Origin: a virus
Taxonomy: Duplodnaviria > Heunggongvirae > Uroviricota > Caudoviricetes
Length of the DNA stretch: 10,082 nt
Direction: 5' to 3' (one strand)
IMG/VR virus record: IMGVR_UViG_2917855067_000003
Coordinates: 1-10,082 of that record
In this document: one piece after another, positions 1 through 6,269 of the stretch
Numbering within the stretch: position 1 is the stretch's first letter
How the letters are laid out: each line of letters opens with the position of its first letter
Program-made: the position numbers and the translations under genes
The notes under the pieces: generated by a model
What the model was told of the DNA's origin: nothing
The model's database searches: none
Seen by the model: only the letters and a program-made list of their open reading frames with translations

Positions 1-1095
1 TTATGTTGCTACGGGTTCGTCGCATTTCGGTAGCCAGTCGCCGTAGCTTTCCTCTTTCAGCGACAGATTGGTTTGTATCCCCTGCTTAGTGTGCCGCTTC
101 TCATAATTCAGGCCGTACTCTTTCAGCATCATGGGCAGCCCCAGCCCGAACATTTTCAGGCTGAGTACGTTCCTGTACCCGTTAGCCTCCATATAGGCCA
201 GATACGCGTGATAGAGATATTTACGATAATTACGCGGGATGATGCTGGCATTCCCCATAAACATCCCGTTGGTCTGCGGGAGCATTTCCAGATAGCCGCA
301 AAAATCAAACGTAGGGTCAGCATCGCGCTTGATGCTGAGCGCCTCGTCGGAATTCTGCTGTGACTGGAGCAGTGCGCGGGCTGCCATCGGGTCGCTGAAC
401 TTCTGCATGAGCTGGCGCACAATCACGGCCAGCTCGCGCGCAATTTTATCCCTGAGCTGCGGGTCGCGTTCCTCCGGCGCAATTTGCTCCGGGAAGTGAA
501 TAATCACCCGGCGACGTGACACACCACCGCTGCGGTCGGTGAAGCGCATGGGGTTATTGTTCACTGCCAGAATCACCGCCGGAATGTGTGTTGAGTACGG
601 GTTCTGGTATTTCGGGTCAACCGAGACCGCATCGCCGCCGGTGATGGCCTTAAGCCCTGCGCCGTCACCGCTCCATTTTTCCTGGTCAGGCAGACGGATA
701 AGCGAGAAGCCAATCAGGGAGGCACGCTTGCGCGGGTCTTCCAGCGTGTCGATGTCGGCTGACGTGGCGTTATCTTCCCCGGCAAGCAATGTCGCGATTT
801 CAGCCAGAATACTTTTGCCACTCCCGCCGGGACCGGTCACTTCGAGAAAGAGCTGCCAGTCGTAACGGTTCGCCAGCACCATAAACAGCGCGGCCAGAAT
901 CACGTCGCGTTTTTGTGGATTTTTACCGGCTGCACGGTCGAGCCAGCGCCAGAAGTTCGGCGCGTGCGTCCCCAGCCGTTTCCCCTTCCACCGGCGGGGT
1001 AAAATCCACATCGCACAGCGTGCGCAGCCAGTGCGATTTGTGGTGCGGGCTGAATACGCCGCTTTGGGTATCGAGTACCCCGTTGCGAAAGCCAA
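1..1095 (-). CDS. alpha: P4 alpha-type primase/helicase, C-terminal segment (SF3/D5-like helicase and origin-binding part); homologous part is about 4..975, stop codon at 1..3
   Basis: ORF-track translation contains Walker A GPGGSGKS and the long C-terminal region typical of P4 alpha. It lies in a different frame from 923..2335 and overlaps it. The ATG at 1095 is an ORF-caller start, not necessarily a biological one. Confidence 0.8.
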   Translation of the reverse strand: MAFATGYSIPKAAYSARTTNRTGCARCAMWILPRRWKGKRLGTHAPNFWRWLDRAAGKNPQKRDVILAALFMVLANRYDWQLFLEVTGPGGSGKSILAEIATLLAGEDNATSADIDTLEDPRKRASLIGFSLIRLPDQEKWSGDGAGLKAITGGDAVSVDPKYQNPYSTHIPAVILAVNNNPMRFTDRSGGVSRRRVIIHFPEQIAPEERDPQLRDKIARELAVIVRQLMQKFSDPMAARALLQSQQNSDEALSIKRDADPTFDFCGYLEMLPQTNGMFMGNASIIPRNYRKYLYHAYLAYMEANGYRNVLSLKMFGLGLPMMLKEYGLNYEKRHTKQGIQTNLSLKEESYGDWLPKCDEPVAT

Positions 1096-2335
1096 TCAGA
1101 CGGCGCGCCGGTGTATCCTGCTGCGGAATAATCAGTTTCAGGGTCTCCACAACTGAGGCGATTTTCCCCGACGAGAACGGGGCGCGCAGACGCTGGAATA
1201 AGTCAGCCACATTCCGTGAAAAAGTGGCGACAGGGATATTTTTCCAGATGCCGTTTTCATAGCGGGACAGGAGCTGGCCGTTCGCATCCACTGCCAGCGC
1301 TTCGCCGTAATGCTCATGCACCCGCAAAGCCTTGTCGCTGGCGCTCATGGCGGTAAATTCCGCCTCGCTCATGGTATCAAACGGACTTTGCGCCGGTGGC
1401 CGGATGGCGTCATAAATCGCTTTGCGTGTGGCTTCCTCGCCGTACTGTATAAACGCATCATTCCAGTCACCGAATACCGGCGGCAGGGCAACAACGCCCT
1501 CACAGGCGTCTGCGGCCGCAGCGGCTTTACTCTGGCCGTCGCCGTTAAGGTCACGGTCGGCAGCGAGCACAATCTGACAGGCCGGGGACTTCTGACGGGC
1601 AAGGCTCGCCAGAGAAAGGAGGTTCACGGAGGACAGTGCTACCATGACGGTTTCCCCGGTCAGGTGATGCACGGTGAGTGCAGTCGCATACCCCTCTGCA
1701 ATCCACAGGCGTTTTCCGGCCTGTTTTTTCCCTTCGATGGTATGGCATGCTCCTTTTACCGCCCCGCCTTTCAGGGTGCGTTTGAGACCGTCAGAATTGA
1801 TAAGCTGAAGGTTAACCAGTGCGCCGGTATCGTCATACAGCGGGACAACCACATCACCGGCGCGGAACGTCACGCCGCCGGTTTTGTGTGTGGCCGACAG
1901 TACCGGACATTCCCGGTCGGGGAAACCCTTTCGGGTCAGGTAGGCGTTGCCGCTGGCCGGTCGGGTTTTCTCCATGAGCCTGACGGCCAGTGCGGCCGCC
2001 GCTTTGCGGTCAGCCTCCGTTTCAGCCTCTGCGGCCGCAATCACTTCCGGGGCAACCGGCGGCAGATTGCCGGTCACGGCGTTCACCTTCCCGGCGGCCT
2101 CTGAGGGAGTCACGCCAAACACTTTTTCTACCAGCTTAAGCCCGTCACCCGCGCCGCATTGATTGCAGAACCACGTCCCGCGCCCTTCTTTATCGTCAAA
2201 GCGGAAACGGTCAGAGCCGCCGCATACCGGGCAGGACTGATGGCGGTTTTTAATTACTTTCACACCCAGCGCAGGGAGAATGCGCGGCCAGTGGCCGCAC
2301 GCCTGTTTTACCGTTTCTGTTACGTTCATTTTCAT
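923..2335 (-). CDS. alpha: P4 alpha-type primase/helicase, N-terminal segment (zinc ribbon and primase domain); ends prematurely at 923 unless a frameshift is corrected
   Basis: Translation from MKMNVTETVKQ contains the zinc-ribbon motif CPVCGGSDRFRFDDKEGRGTWFCNQCG. The ATG at 2335..2333 is preferred over 2386 because AGGGAGA lies 9 nt upstream. The frame stops at 923 while the homology continues in another frame. Confidence 0.8.
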   Translation of the reverse strand: MKMNVTETVKQACGHWPRILPALGVKVIKNRHQSCPVCGGSDRFRFDDKEGRGTWFCNQCGAGDGLKLVEKVFGVTPSEAAGKVNAVTGNLPPVAPEVIAAAEAETEADRKAAAALAVRLMEKTRPASGNAYLTRKGFPDRECPVLSATHKTGGVTFRAGDVVVPLYDDTGALVNLQLINSDGLKRTLKGGAVKGACHTIEGKKQAGKRLWIAEGYATALTVHHLTGETVMVALSSVNLLSLASLARQKSPACQIVLAADRDLNGDGQSKAAAAADACEGVVALPPVFGDWNDAFIQYGEEATRKAIYDAIRPPAQSPFDTMSEAEFTAMSASDKALRVHEHYGEALAVDANGQLLSRYENGIWKNIPVATFSRNVADLFQRLRAPFSSGKIASVVETLKLIIPQQDTPARRLIGFRNGVLDTQSGVFSPHHKSHWLRTLCDVDFTPPVEGETAGDARAELLALARPCSR

Positions 2336-2349
2336 CGTTGTTTTCTCCC

Positions 2350-2670
2350 TCAGTGCAGTACCGGTGCGGTGATATGACGGGCGCAAAGCTCATCCATCAC
2401 GGCCAGCCCGAGAAAGGACAGCGACGGGGCAGCTTTCAGTGGTCCGACTTCCATTAAATCTTCCAGCAGGGCACAGGCAATCTGACGGCCTTTTTCCTCG
2501 CCGTGCTGGCGCAGGTAGAAGCCCTCCAGCTCGGCGGCAATGGCGCTTTCCAGCGCGTCGAGGGTGAGGTGCGGGTAGCGGTGCTGGCGTTCGCACAGGG
2601 TCAGCCATGCACAGGCCACTGCGCGACGATACAGCGCGGCGCGTAATACGGGCGGTAATGGCTTTTTCAT
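2350..2670 (-). CDS. hypothetical protein (106 aa), P4-like leftward operon, immediately upstream of alpha
   Basis: ORF with SD GGGGAGGG upstream of the ATG at 2670. Its start overlaps the stop of the preceding ORF (ATGA), and it ends 14 nt before the alpha start. Function not recognised. Confidence 0.6.
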   Translation of the reverse strand: MKKPLPPVLRAALYRRAVACAWLTLCERQHRYPHLTLDALESAIAAELEGFYLRQHGEEKGRQIACALLEDLMEVGPLKAAPSLSFLGLAVMDELCARHITAPVLH

Positions 2671-2894
2671 ACGTTACCCTCCCCGGTAAGCCACTGCTGA
2701 TTGCAGCGTTCGACCACGCCGTCGAGCTGGGCGGTCATGAGGTAAATCACGGAGGTGAGCTGTAACTGCTGCGTCGGGTCACGACGAACGGTGGCGCAGT
2801 CCTGCACCTGCATCAGGTTGCCGACGAGCTGGCCGACGTTGCGCATATGCTCCAGACATTCGAGGTCACGGGCGGTAATGGTGGTGTGTCTCAT
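2667..2894 (-). CDS. hypothetical protein (75 aa), P4-like leftward operon
   Basis: ORF with SD GGAGGTG upstream. ATGA overlaps at both ends indicate translational coupling. Function not recognised. Confidence 0.55.
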   Translation of the reverse strand: MRHTTITARDLECLEHMRNVGQLVGNLMQVQDCATVRRDPTQQLQLTSVIYLMTAQLDGVVERCNQQWLTGEGNV

Positions 2895-3085
2895 GCGCGC
2901 ACCTCCGCAACCGGCAGACGGCCAGCGAACGAGAGGACGTAATCGCGAATGAGGGAAAGGCGTGCGGCGTGCTCATCACCGGCAACGGTGCGGAGCATAC
3001 AAATACGGGGGGTACGGTCTGCGCGACGAACAGCGGCAAACACAAAGACAAACTGCGGGTGTGACGGGGTGAGGGTCGTAGCCAT
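2891..3085 (-). CDS. hypothetical small protein (64 aa), first gene after the putative leader terminator
   Basis: ATG at 3085 is preceded by a near-consensus SD (AGGAGG, about 9 nt spacing). The same frame stays open up to 3442, but that extension crosses a terminator hairpin and lacks an SD, so the short form is preferred. Confidence 0.5.
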   Translation of the reverse strand: MATTLTPSHPQFVFVFAAVRRADRTPRICMLRTVAGDEHAARLSLIRDYVLSFAGRLPVAEVRA

Positions 3086-3288
3086 AAGGGCAACCTCCTG
3101 TGAATAGCGGTTATTGCCACCACCGGAGTTCCTACGCTCATGGGTGGTGACCCGAACGGGGGTAGGAATACCGGCTTCACAGAATACCGGCCAGCCCGAA
3201 AGCTGCCCCGCCCGGACCACCATTATCTGACAGGGGCTATGGAATAAGCACCACAGCCCGAAAAATGGGTGTGCCTGAGCAACGACGT

Positions 3289-3311
3289 AAAAAAAGACGC
3301 ATGGCGCGTCT
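3289..3311 (-). terminator. rho-independent terminator for leftward transcription (P4 timm-like position)
   Basis: On the minus strand: stem AGACGC / GCGTCT (plus 3295-3300 and 3306-3311), 5-nt loop, followed by a run of 7 U (plus-strand A-run at 3289-3295). Confidence 0.5.
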
Positions 3312-3367
3312 GTTGTCGCCTGTGAATTACACGGGTTCCTACGCCCGGCTGCCGATTTTGCGGCAGC
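3289..3367 (-). ncRNA. candidate small structured RNA (position analogous to the P4 CI / C4-type immunity RNA)
   Basis: About 350 nt lacks a convincing coding region between alpA/vis and the next SD-bearing ORF. The minus-strand transcript would start with a 7-bp hairpin (plus 3348-3354 / 3361-3367), contain further imperfect stems, and end at the terminator. A possible -10 (TATAGT, plus 3374-3379) lies just upstream. No homology check was possible. Confidence 0.25.
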
Positions 3368-3438
3368 GGGAAAACTATACCTGGAAACGGCGAAAAGAAG
3401 CAAGCCAGAAAAAGGGGCTGTTTGCTGAACGGTCATCA

Positions 3439-3705
3439 TCATGCGTCATAGCCCCGGTTACGTTCGGCAATGCGATCCGCCATCCATGCAGTGATTTCAG
3501 ACTGCGCCCACGCCACATTTTTTCCGCCGAGGGAGATTTGTTTCGGGAAGGCTTCCCGGCTGATGAGGTCGTAAATGGTCGAGCGGGACAGGCCGCACAG
3601 ATGCATCACTTCGGGCAGACGGATAAAGCGCTCGTGAACGGTATCAGAAACCGGCATCAGCGGCGCGGCAGGGGCAGAAGACGGGGAAGAAAAAGCAGTG
3701 TGCAT
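3439..3705 (-). CDS. alpA: AlpA/Vis-family helix-turn-helix regulator (88 aa), matching the size of P4 Vis
   Basis: Translation contains the AlpA-family signature ([47 protein letters not shown]). SD GAGG lies upstream of the ATG at 3705. Confidence 0.85.
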   Translation of the reverse strand: MHTAFSSPSSAPAAPLMPVSDTVHERFIRLPEVMHLCGLSRSTIYDLISREAFPKQISLGGKNVAWAQSEITAWMADRIAERNRGYDA

Positions 3706-3766
3706 CGGGCTACCTCACAAAGTCCATACAGTGCCGGTCGTGTCCGTCCGGCTTCGGGTAGCTCCT

Positions 3767-3795
3767 TATTATGTCTATATTTTTCCTCAGGTCAT
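3767..3795 (-). promoter_or_regulatory. candidate sigma70-type promoter for the leftward alpA/vis operon
   Basis: Minus strand reads ATGACC, a 16-17 nt spacer, then CATAAT/ATAATA, about 55-60 nt upstream of the alpA ATG. The -35 is weak. Confidence 0.25.
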
Positions 3796-3834
3796 GTGAG
3801 ATTTTCGGGGAAACAAACATTGACTTTTCGCTCT

Positions 3835-3871
3835 GGCAAACAAAGGCAAACGCTGGCAAACATATGCAAAT
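3835..3871. promoter_or_regulatory. four direct repeats at exact 10-bp phasing (GGCAAAC x3 and TGCAAAT); candidate regulator binding array
   Basis: GGCAAAC at 3835-3841, 3845-3851 and 3855-3861; TGCAAAT at 3865-3871. They sit in the divergent control region between alpA/vis and sid. Confidence 0.4.
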
Positions 3872-3873
3872 CA

Positions 3874-3889
3874 CTGCATTACAATGCAG
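3874..3889. promoter_or_regulatory. perfect palindrome CTGCATT-AC-AATGCAG; candidate operator
   Basis: 7-bp inverted arms with a 2-bp spacer, directly after the phased repeats and before an AT-rich stretch. Confidence 0.4.
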
Positions 3890-3971
3890 CAATTTCTATT
3901 TCTTTTAGTTATATATTTTTCATTTTTAATCAAAATAAAGTCTAAATGCTATAACCAGAGCAAAACAGGAG

Positions 3972-4105
3972 GGTGAACAGTGGTGAACAGACGGTGAACA
4001 GTCAGACCCTCAACTATTCACCCTTTAACTTACTGTATTAATTATCTTTTTATTTAAGGTGAACAGTGGTGAATAGTTATAAGTAAAAAAATAAACGGTG
4101 AGTAA
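3972..4105. repeat. iteron array GGTGAACA(G), the reverse complement of the P4 type I iteron TGTTCACC; ori/crr-like alpha binding region
   Basis: GGTGAACAG at 3972-3980, 3982-3990, 3993-4001 and 4058-4066; GGTGAATAG at 4068-4076; inverted copy CTATTCACC at 4013-4021; degenerate GGTGAGTAA at 4097-4105. Spacing is 10-11 bp within clusters, and an AT-rich stretch (about 3890-3960) lies alongside. Confidence 0.7.
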
Positions 4106-4152
4106 GGTTTTCCTGCGACCTTTCTCTGGCCAGCCGGTTTTTAAGGTCTGTT

Positions 4153-4170
4153 TGTGCCAGCATTCTGACA
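4153..4170 (+). promoter_or_regulatory. Ogr/Delta box (TGT-N12-ACA) of a Psid-like late promoter
   Basis: TGT at 4153-4155 and ACA at 4168-4170 are separated by 12 nt. The dyad centre is about 80 nt upstream of the sid ATG, consistent with a -55 activator site and a short leader. A weak -10-like CAGAAT lies near 4205-4210. Confidence 0.45.
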
Positions 4171-4242
4171 ACGGCAATGAATCGTGTTGTTGTGCAGGAG
4201 GCGTCAGAATCATTTCAGGTTGAACACACGGAGAACCTGAAC

Positions 4243-4986
4243 ATGAAACCCGAACTCATTATCAAAGCCATGCAGACCGTTATCAGTAAACAGGATGAAG
4301 GCGCGGAACAACGCATTGCCGGTGCGCTGGCCGCACTTAACGAAGCAAAAGATGCACACACGGCCAGCATGGGTAAACTCAGCGACATTGAGGCTTCCAT
4401 TCAGCGTTGTGAGCAGGAACGACAGACCGCCCTCAGTGAAAGTGCACAGGCCGAACAGGACTGGCGCAGCCGCCTTCGAACTCTGCGCGGCAACCTCACT
4501 CCTGAACTGAAAGCTGAACACAGTAAACGTATCGCCAGCCGCGAACTGGCTGATGAGTTCACCGGTCTGATTACCGAGCTGGAGAAAGACAAAAGTCTCG
4601 CCATGCTTGGCGCATGCTCCTCCGGTACGGCTTATATCAGCGCCCATGAAAAAGCATTCACCACTTACGCCAACAGCGAATGGAAGAAGGTGCTGGCCGG
4701 TATCAGCCCCGCACTGTTACGTGCCTTCCTGTTGCGTATACGGTCGCTGGAAATGAGCGGAGAAACCTCATCGCGTGCGACCGCGACACGTGAGCTGGGT
4801 GATGCCCTGAATCTGCAGTCAGCCCTGTATCATTTTGATATGGAGCAGGAGCCGGTCCTGTCCGTAACGGGCATGAATCGCCCGGTCATAACCGGGGTTG
4901 ATATGGCGCTGTTAAGAAGCCCGGCCAGACGGATGAAGCTTGCCGCTGAACTGGCTGCAAAATCCCACGAACAGGCAGAGGGCTGA
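4243..4986 (+). CDS. sid: Sid-like capsid size determination (external scaffold) protein, 247 aa
   Basis: Assigned by position as first gene of the sid-delta-psu operon, by its charged, helix-rich composition, and by a length near P4 Sid (about 244 aa as I recall). Start at 4243 has SD GGAG 9 nt upstream; the ORF-track start at 4177 would lie inside the promoter. Confidence 0.6.
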   Translation: MKPELIIKAMQTVISKQDEGAEQRIAGALAALNEAKDAHTASMGKLSDIEASIQRCEQERQTALSESAQAEQDWRSRLRTLRGNLTPELKAEHSKRIASRELADEFTGLITELEKDKSLAMLGACSSGTAYISAHEKAFTTYANSEWKKVLAGISPALLRAFLLRIRSLEMSGETSSRATATRELGDALNLQSALYHFDMEQEPVLSVTGMNRPVITGVDMALLRSPARRMKLAAELAAKSHEQAEG

Positions 4987-4989
4987 ATT

Positions 4990-5229
4990 ATGTTTCACTG
5001 TCCGTTCTGCAAAAAGACCGCGCACGTCCGTACCAGCCGTTATCTGTCGGAAAACGTCAAACAGCGTTATCACCAGTGTACCAATATCGAATGTTCGGCC
5101 ACTTTCCGCACCATCGAGTCGGTTGACGGTGTGATACGTGCCGCACCGGAGAAACCTGACCCCACCCCGGTGACGCCGCTGCCGCCGCGTAAAGAACAGG
5201 GCTGCTACAGCTCGCCGTTCCGGCATTAA
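4990..5229 (+). CDS. delta: Ogr/Delta-family zinc-finger late-gene transcription activator (single-domain, 79 aa)
   Basis: Translation MFHCPFCKKTAHVRTSRY...YHQCTNIECSATF has the Ogr/Delta Cys4 arrangement (C4, C7, C30, C35). It starts 4 nt after the sid stop, with SD GAGGG upstream. Confidence 0.85.
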   Translation: MFHCPFCKKTAHVRTSRYLSENVKQRYHQCTNIECSATFRTIESVDGVIRAAPEKPDPTPVTPLPPRKEQGCYSSPFRH

Positions 5230-5244
5230 TCAGGAGAGAGACAC

Positions 5245-5811
5245 GTGACCACTATGACAATACAGCAGGCCTTTGAGGCCTGTCAGGCAAACAAAAACAC
5301 CTGGCTGACACGTAAAGCCGAACTGGCTGACCTTGAACTTGAATACCGTGAACAGCTCCTTGCTGGTGACGAACAAATCCCGCGCAAAATGCAGGATTTG
5401 CGCGACAATATCGACGTGAAAAAATGGGAGATTAATCAGGCCGCCGGTCGCTATATCCGCTCACATGAGGAGGTGCAGCACATCAGCATCCGCAACCGGC
5501 TCTATGACTTTATGCAGCAGCACGGCGCGGAGCTGGCCGCCACGCTGGCGCCTGAATTGATGGGGTATAATGAACAGCTTCCCGTAGTAAAACAGAGCGC
5601 CATGCAGCATTCGGTTGATTATCTGCGTGAAGCCCTGTCAGTGTGGCTGGCCGCAGGTGACAAAATTAATTATTCCGCGCAGGACAGCGACATTTTAACG
5701 GCCATCGGATTCAGGCCTGATGCGGCTTCGCGGGATGATAATCGAGAGAAATTCACCCCGGCACAGAACCTGATTTACACCCGCCGACGTGCAGAACTGG
5801 TCGCACGGTAG
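5245..5811 (+). CDS. psu: Psu (polarity suppression protein; Rho inhibitor / capsid decoration), 188 aa
   Basis: Translation (..IQQAFEACQANKNTWL.., ..NQAAGRYIRSHEEVQHISIRNRL.., ..KINYSAQDSDILTAIGFRPDA..) closely resembles P4 Psu as I recall it. A GTG start at 5245 sits 8 nt after SD GGAGAGAG; the alternative ATG at 5254 is too far from the SD. Confidence 0.9.
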   Translation: MTTMTIQQAFEACQANKNTWLTRKAELADLELEYREQLLAGDEQIPRKMQDLRDNIDVKKWEINQAAGRYIRSHEEVQHISIRNRLYDFMQQHGAELAATLAPELMGYNEQLPVVKQSAMQHSVDYLREALSVWLAAGDKINYSAQDSDILTAIGFRPDAASRDDNREKFTPAQNLIYTRRRAELVAR

Positions 5812-5857
5812 CACGCGAAAAAATCCCCGAAAATTCCGCTATTTTTCCTGAAAAAAG

Positions 5858-5884
5858 CCATGCATCCATAAGGTGCATGGTTTT
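5858..5884 (+). terminator. candidate rho-independent terminator of the sid-delta-psu operon
   Basis: Stem CCATGCATCC / GGTGCATGG (one wobble, 4-nt loop) followed by TTTT at 5881-5884, about 47 nt after the psu stop. Confidence 0.45.
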
Positions 5885-5984
5885 GCATGCAAATCCCCGT
5901 ATTTTATTTCCCCCACCACGCCAGTACCGGCGCGGCCTGAGCCGGTTCATGCACCTGCATTAAAAGTGACCTCTTAAGCGGGCA

Positions 5985-6003
5985 GGCGTGGCGGGGAGAG
6001 CAT
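5985..6003. other. cos-like site (resembles the 19-nt P2/P4 cohesive end)
   Basis: GGCGTGGCGGGGAGAGCAT matches GGCGAGGCGGGGAAAGCAC at 16 of 19 positions. That P2/P4 sequence is recalled from memory and not verified. The site is downstream of psu, where P4 has cos. Confidence 0.4.
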
Positions 6004-6269
6004 TGCGCGCTGGAATAATAATTAATTATTTATTTTCTCGCTCTGTGTTTGTCATTGATGAGTGGCAATTCGTTGACATGCTGGAGAGATATAATGCTGT
6101 TTAAAAGGAAAGAAGCACTTCTGAGGCTTTTAGGTTAGAGGGGAAGTTAAGGCCGCCTTGAGGCGGCGAAAATTAGTCATTTTGGGTATCGAGGAGTAAT
6201 ATTAGGCTGAATGCCACATGCTCCTGAATTAGAACCTTGAGTGCGAGTTGCTACATAAATAAATGGAGC

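Noticed and set aside
1310-2104. 264-aa plus-strand ORF
   Set aside because: It lies antisense inside the well-supported alpha gene, in GC-rich DNA where long spurious frames are common, and has no recognisable motifs.
2866-3180. 104-aa minus-strand ORF
   Set aside because: Out of frame with, and overlapping, the better-supported SD-bearing ORFs.
2891-3442. Long 183-aa version of the small minus-strand ORF, starting ATGATGATG with an ATGA overlap on the alpA/vis stop
   Set aside because: The extension has atypical composition, would be read through a strong terminator hairpin, and an excellent SD precedes the internal ATG at 3085. It remains an open alternative to the small-RNA interpretation.
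3265-3945. 226-aa plus-strand ORF
   Set aside because: It runs antisense to alpA/vis and across the terminator and control region; the translation is Arg/Gly-rich and low-complexity.
3972-4076. Possible CRISPR array
   Set aside because: Repeat units are only 9 bp with 1-2 bp between tandem copies and no regular spacers or cas genes; they match the P4 iteron instead.
4025-4213. 62-aa minus-strand ORF
   Set aside because: Lies across the iteron/promoter region with no SD; probably a chance frame in noncoding DNA.
4177-4242. Upstream start for sid (MNRVVV...)
   Set aside because: No SD; it would place coding sequence over the TGT-N12-ACA box and predicted transcription start. The ATG at 4243 has a good SD and gives a P4-Sid-like length.
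4210-4647. 145-aa minus-strand ORF
   Set aside because: Antisense within sid; no independent support.
5753-5950. 65-aa minus-strand ORF
   Set aside because: Overlaps the psu 3' end and the predicted terminator; no SD or motifs.
6073-6095. TTGACA ... TATAAT hexamers
   Set aside because: The spacer is only 11 bp, incompatible with a sigma70 promoter, and it points away from the cargo genes.
6152-6167. GCCGCC-TTGA-GGCGGC hairpin
   Set aside because: No U-tract follows it on either strand, so it is not a convincing intrinsic terminator.
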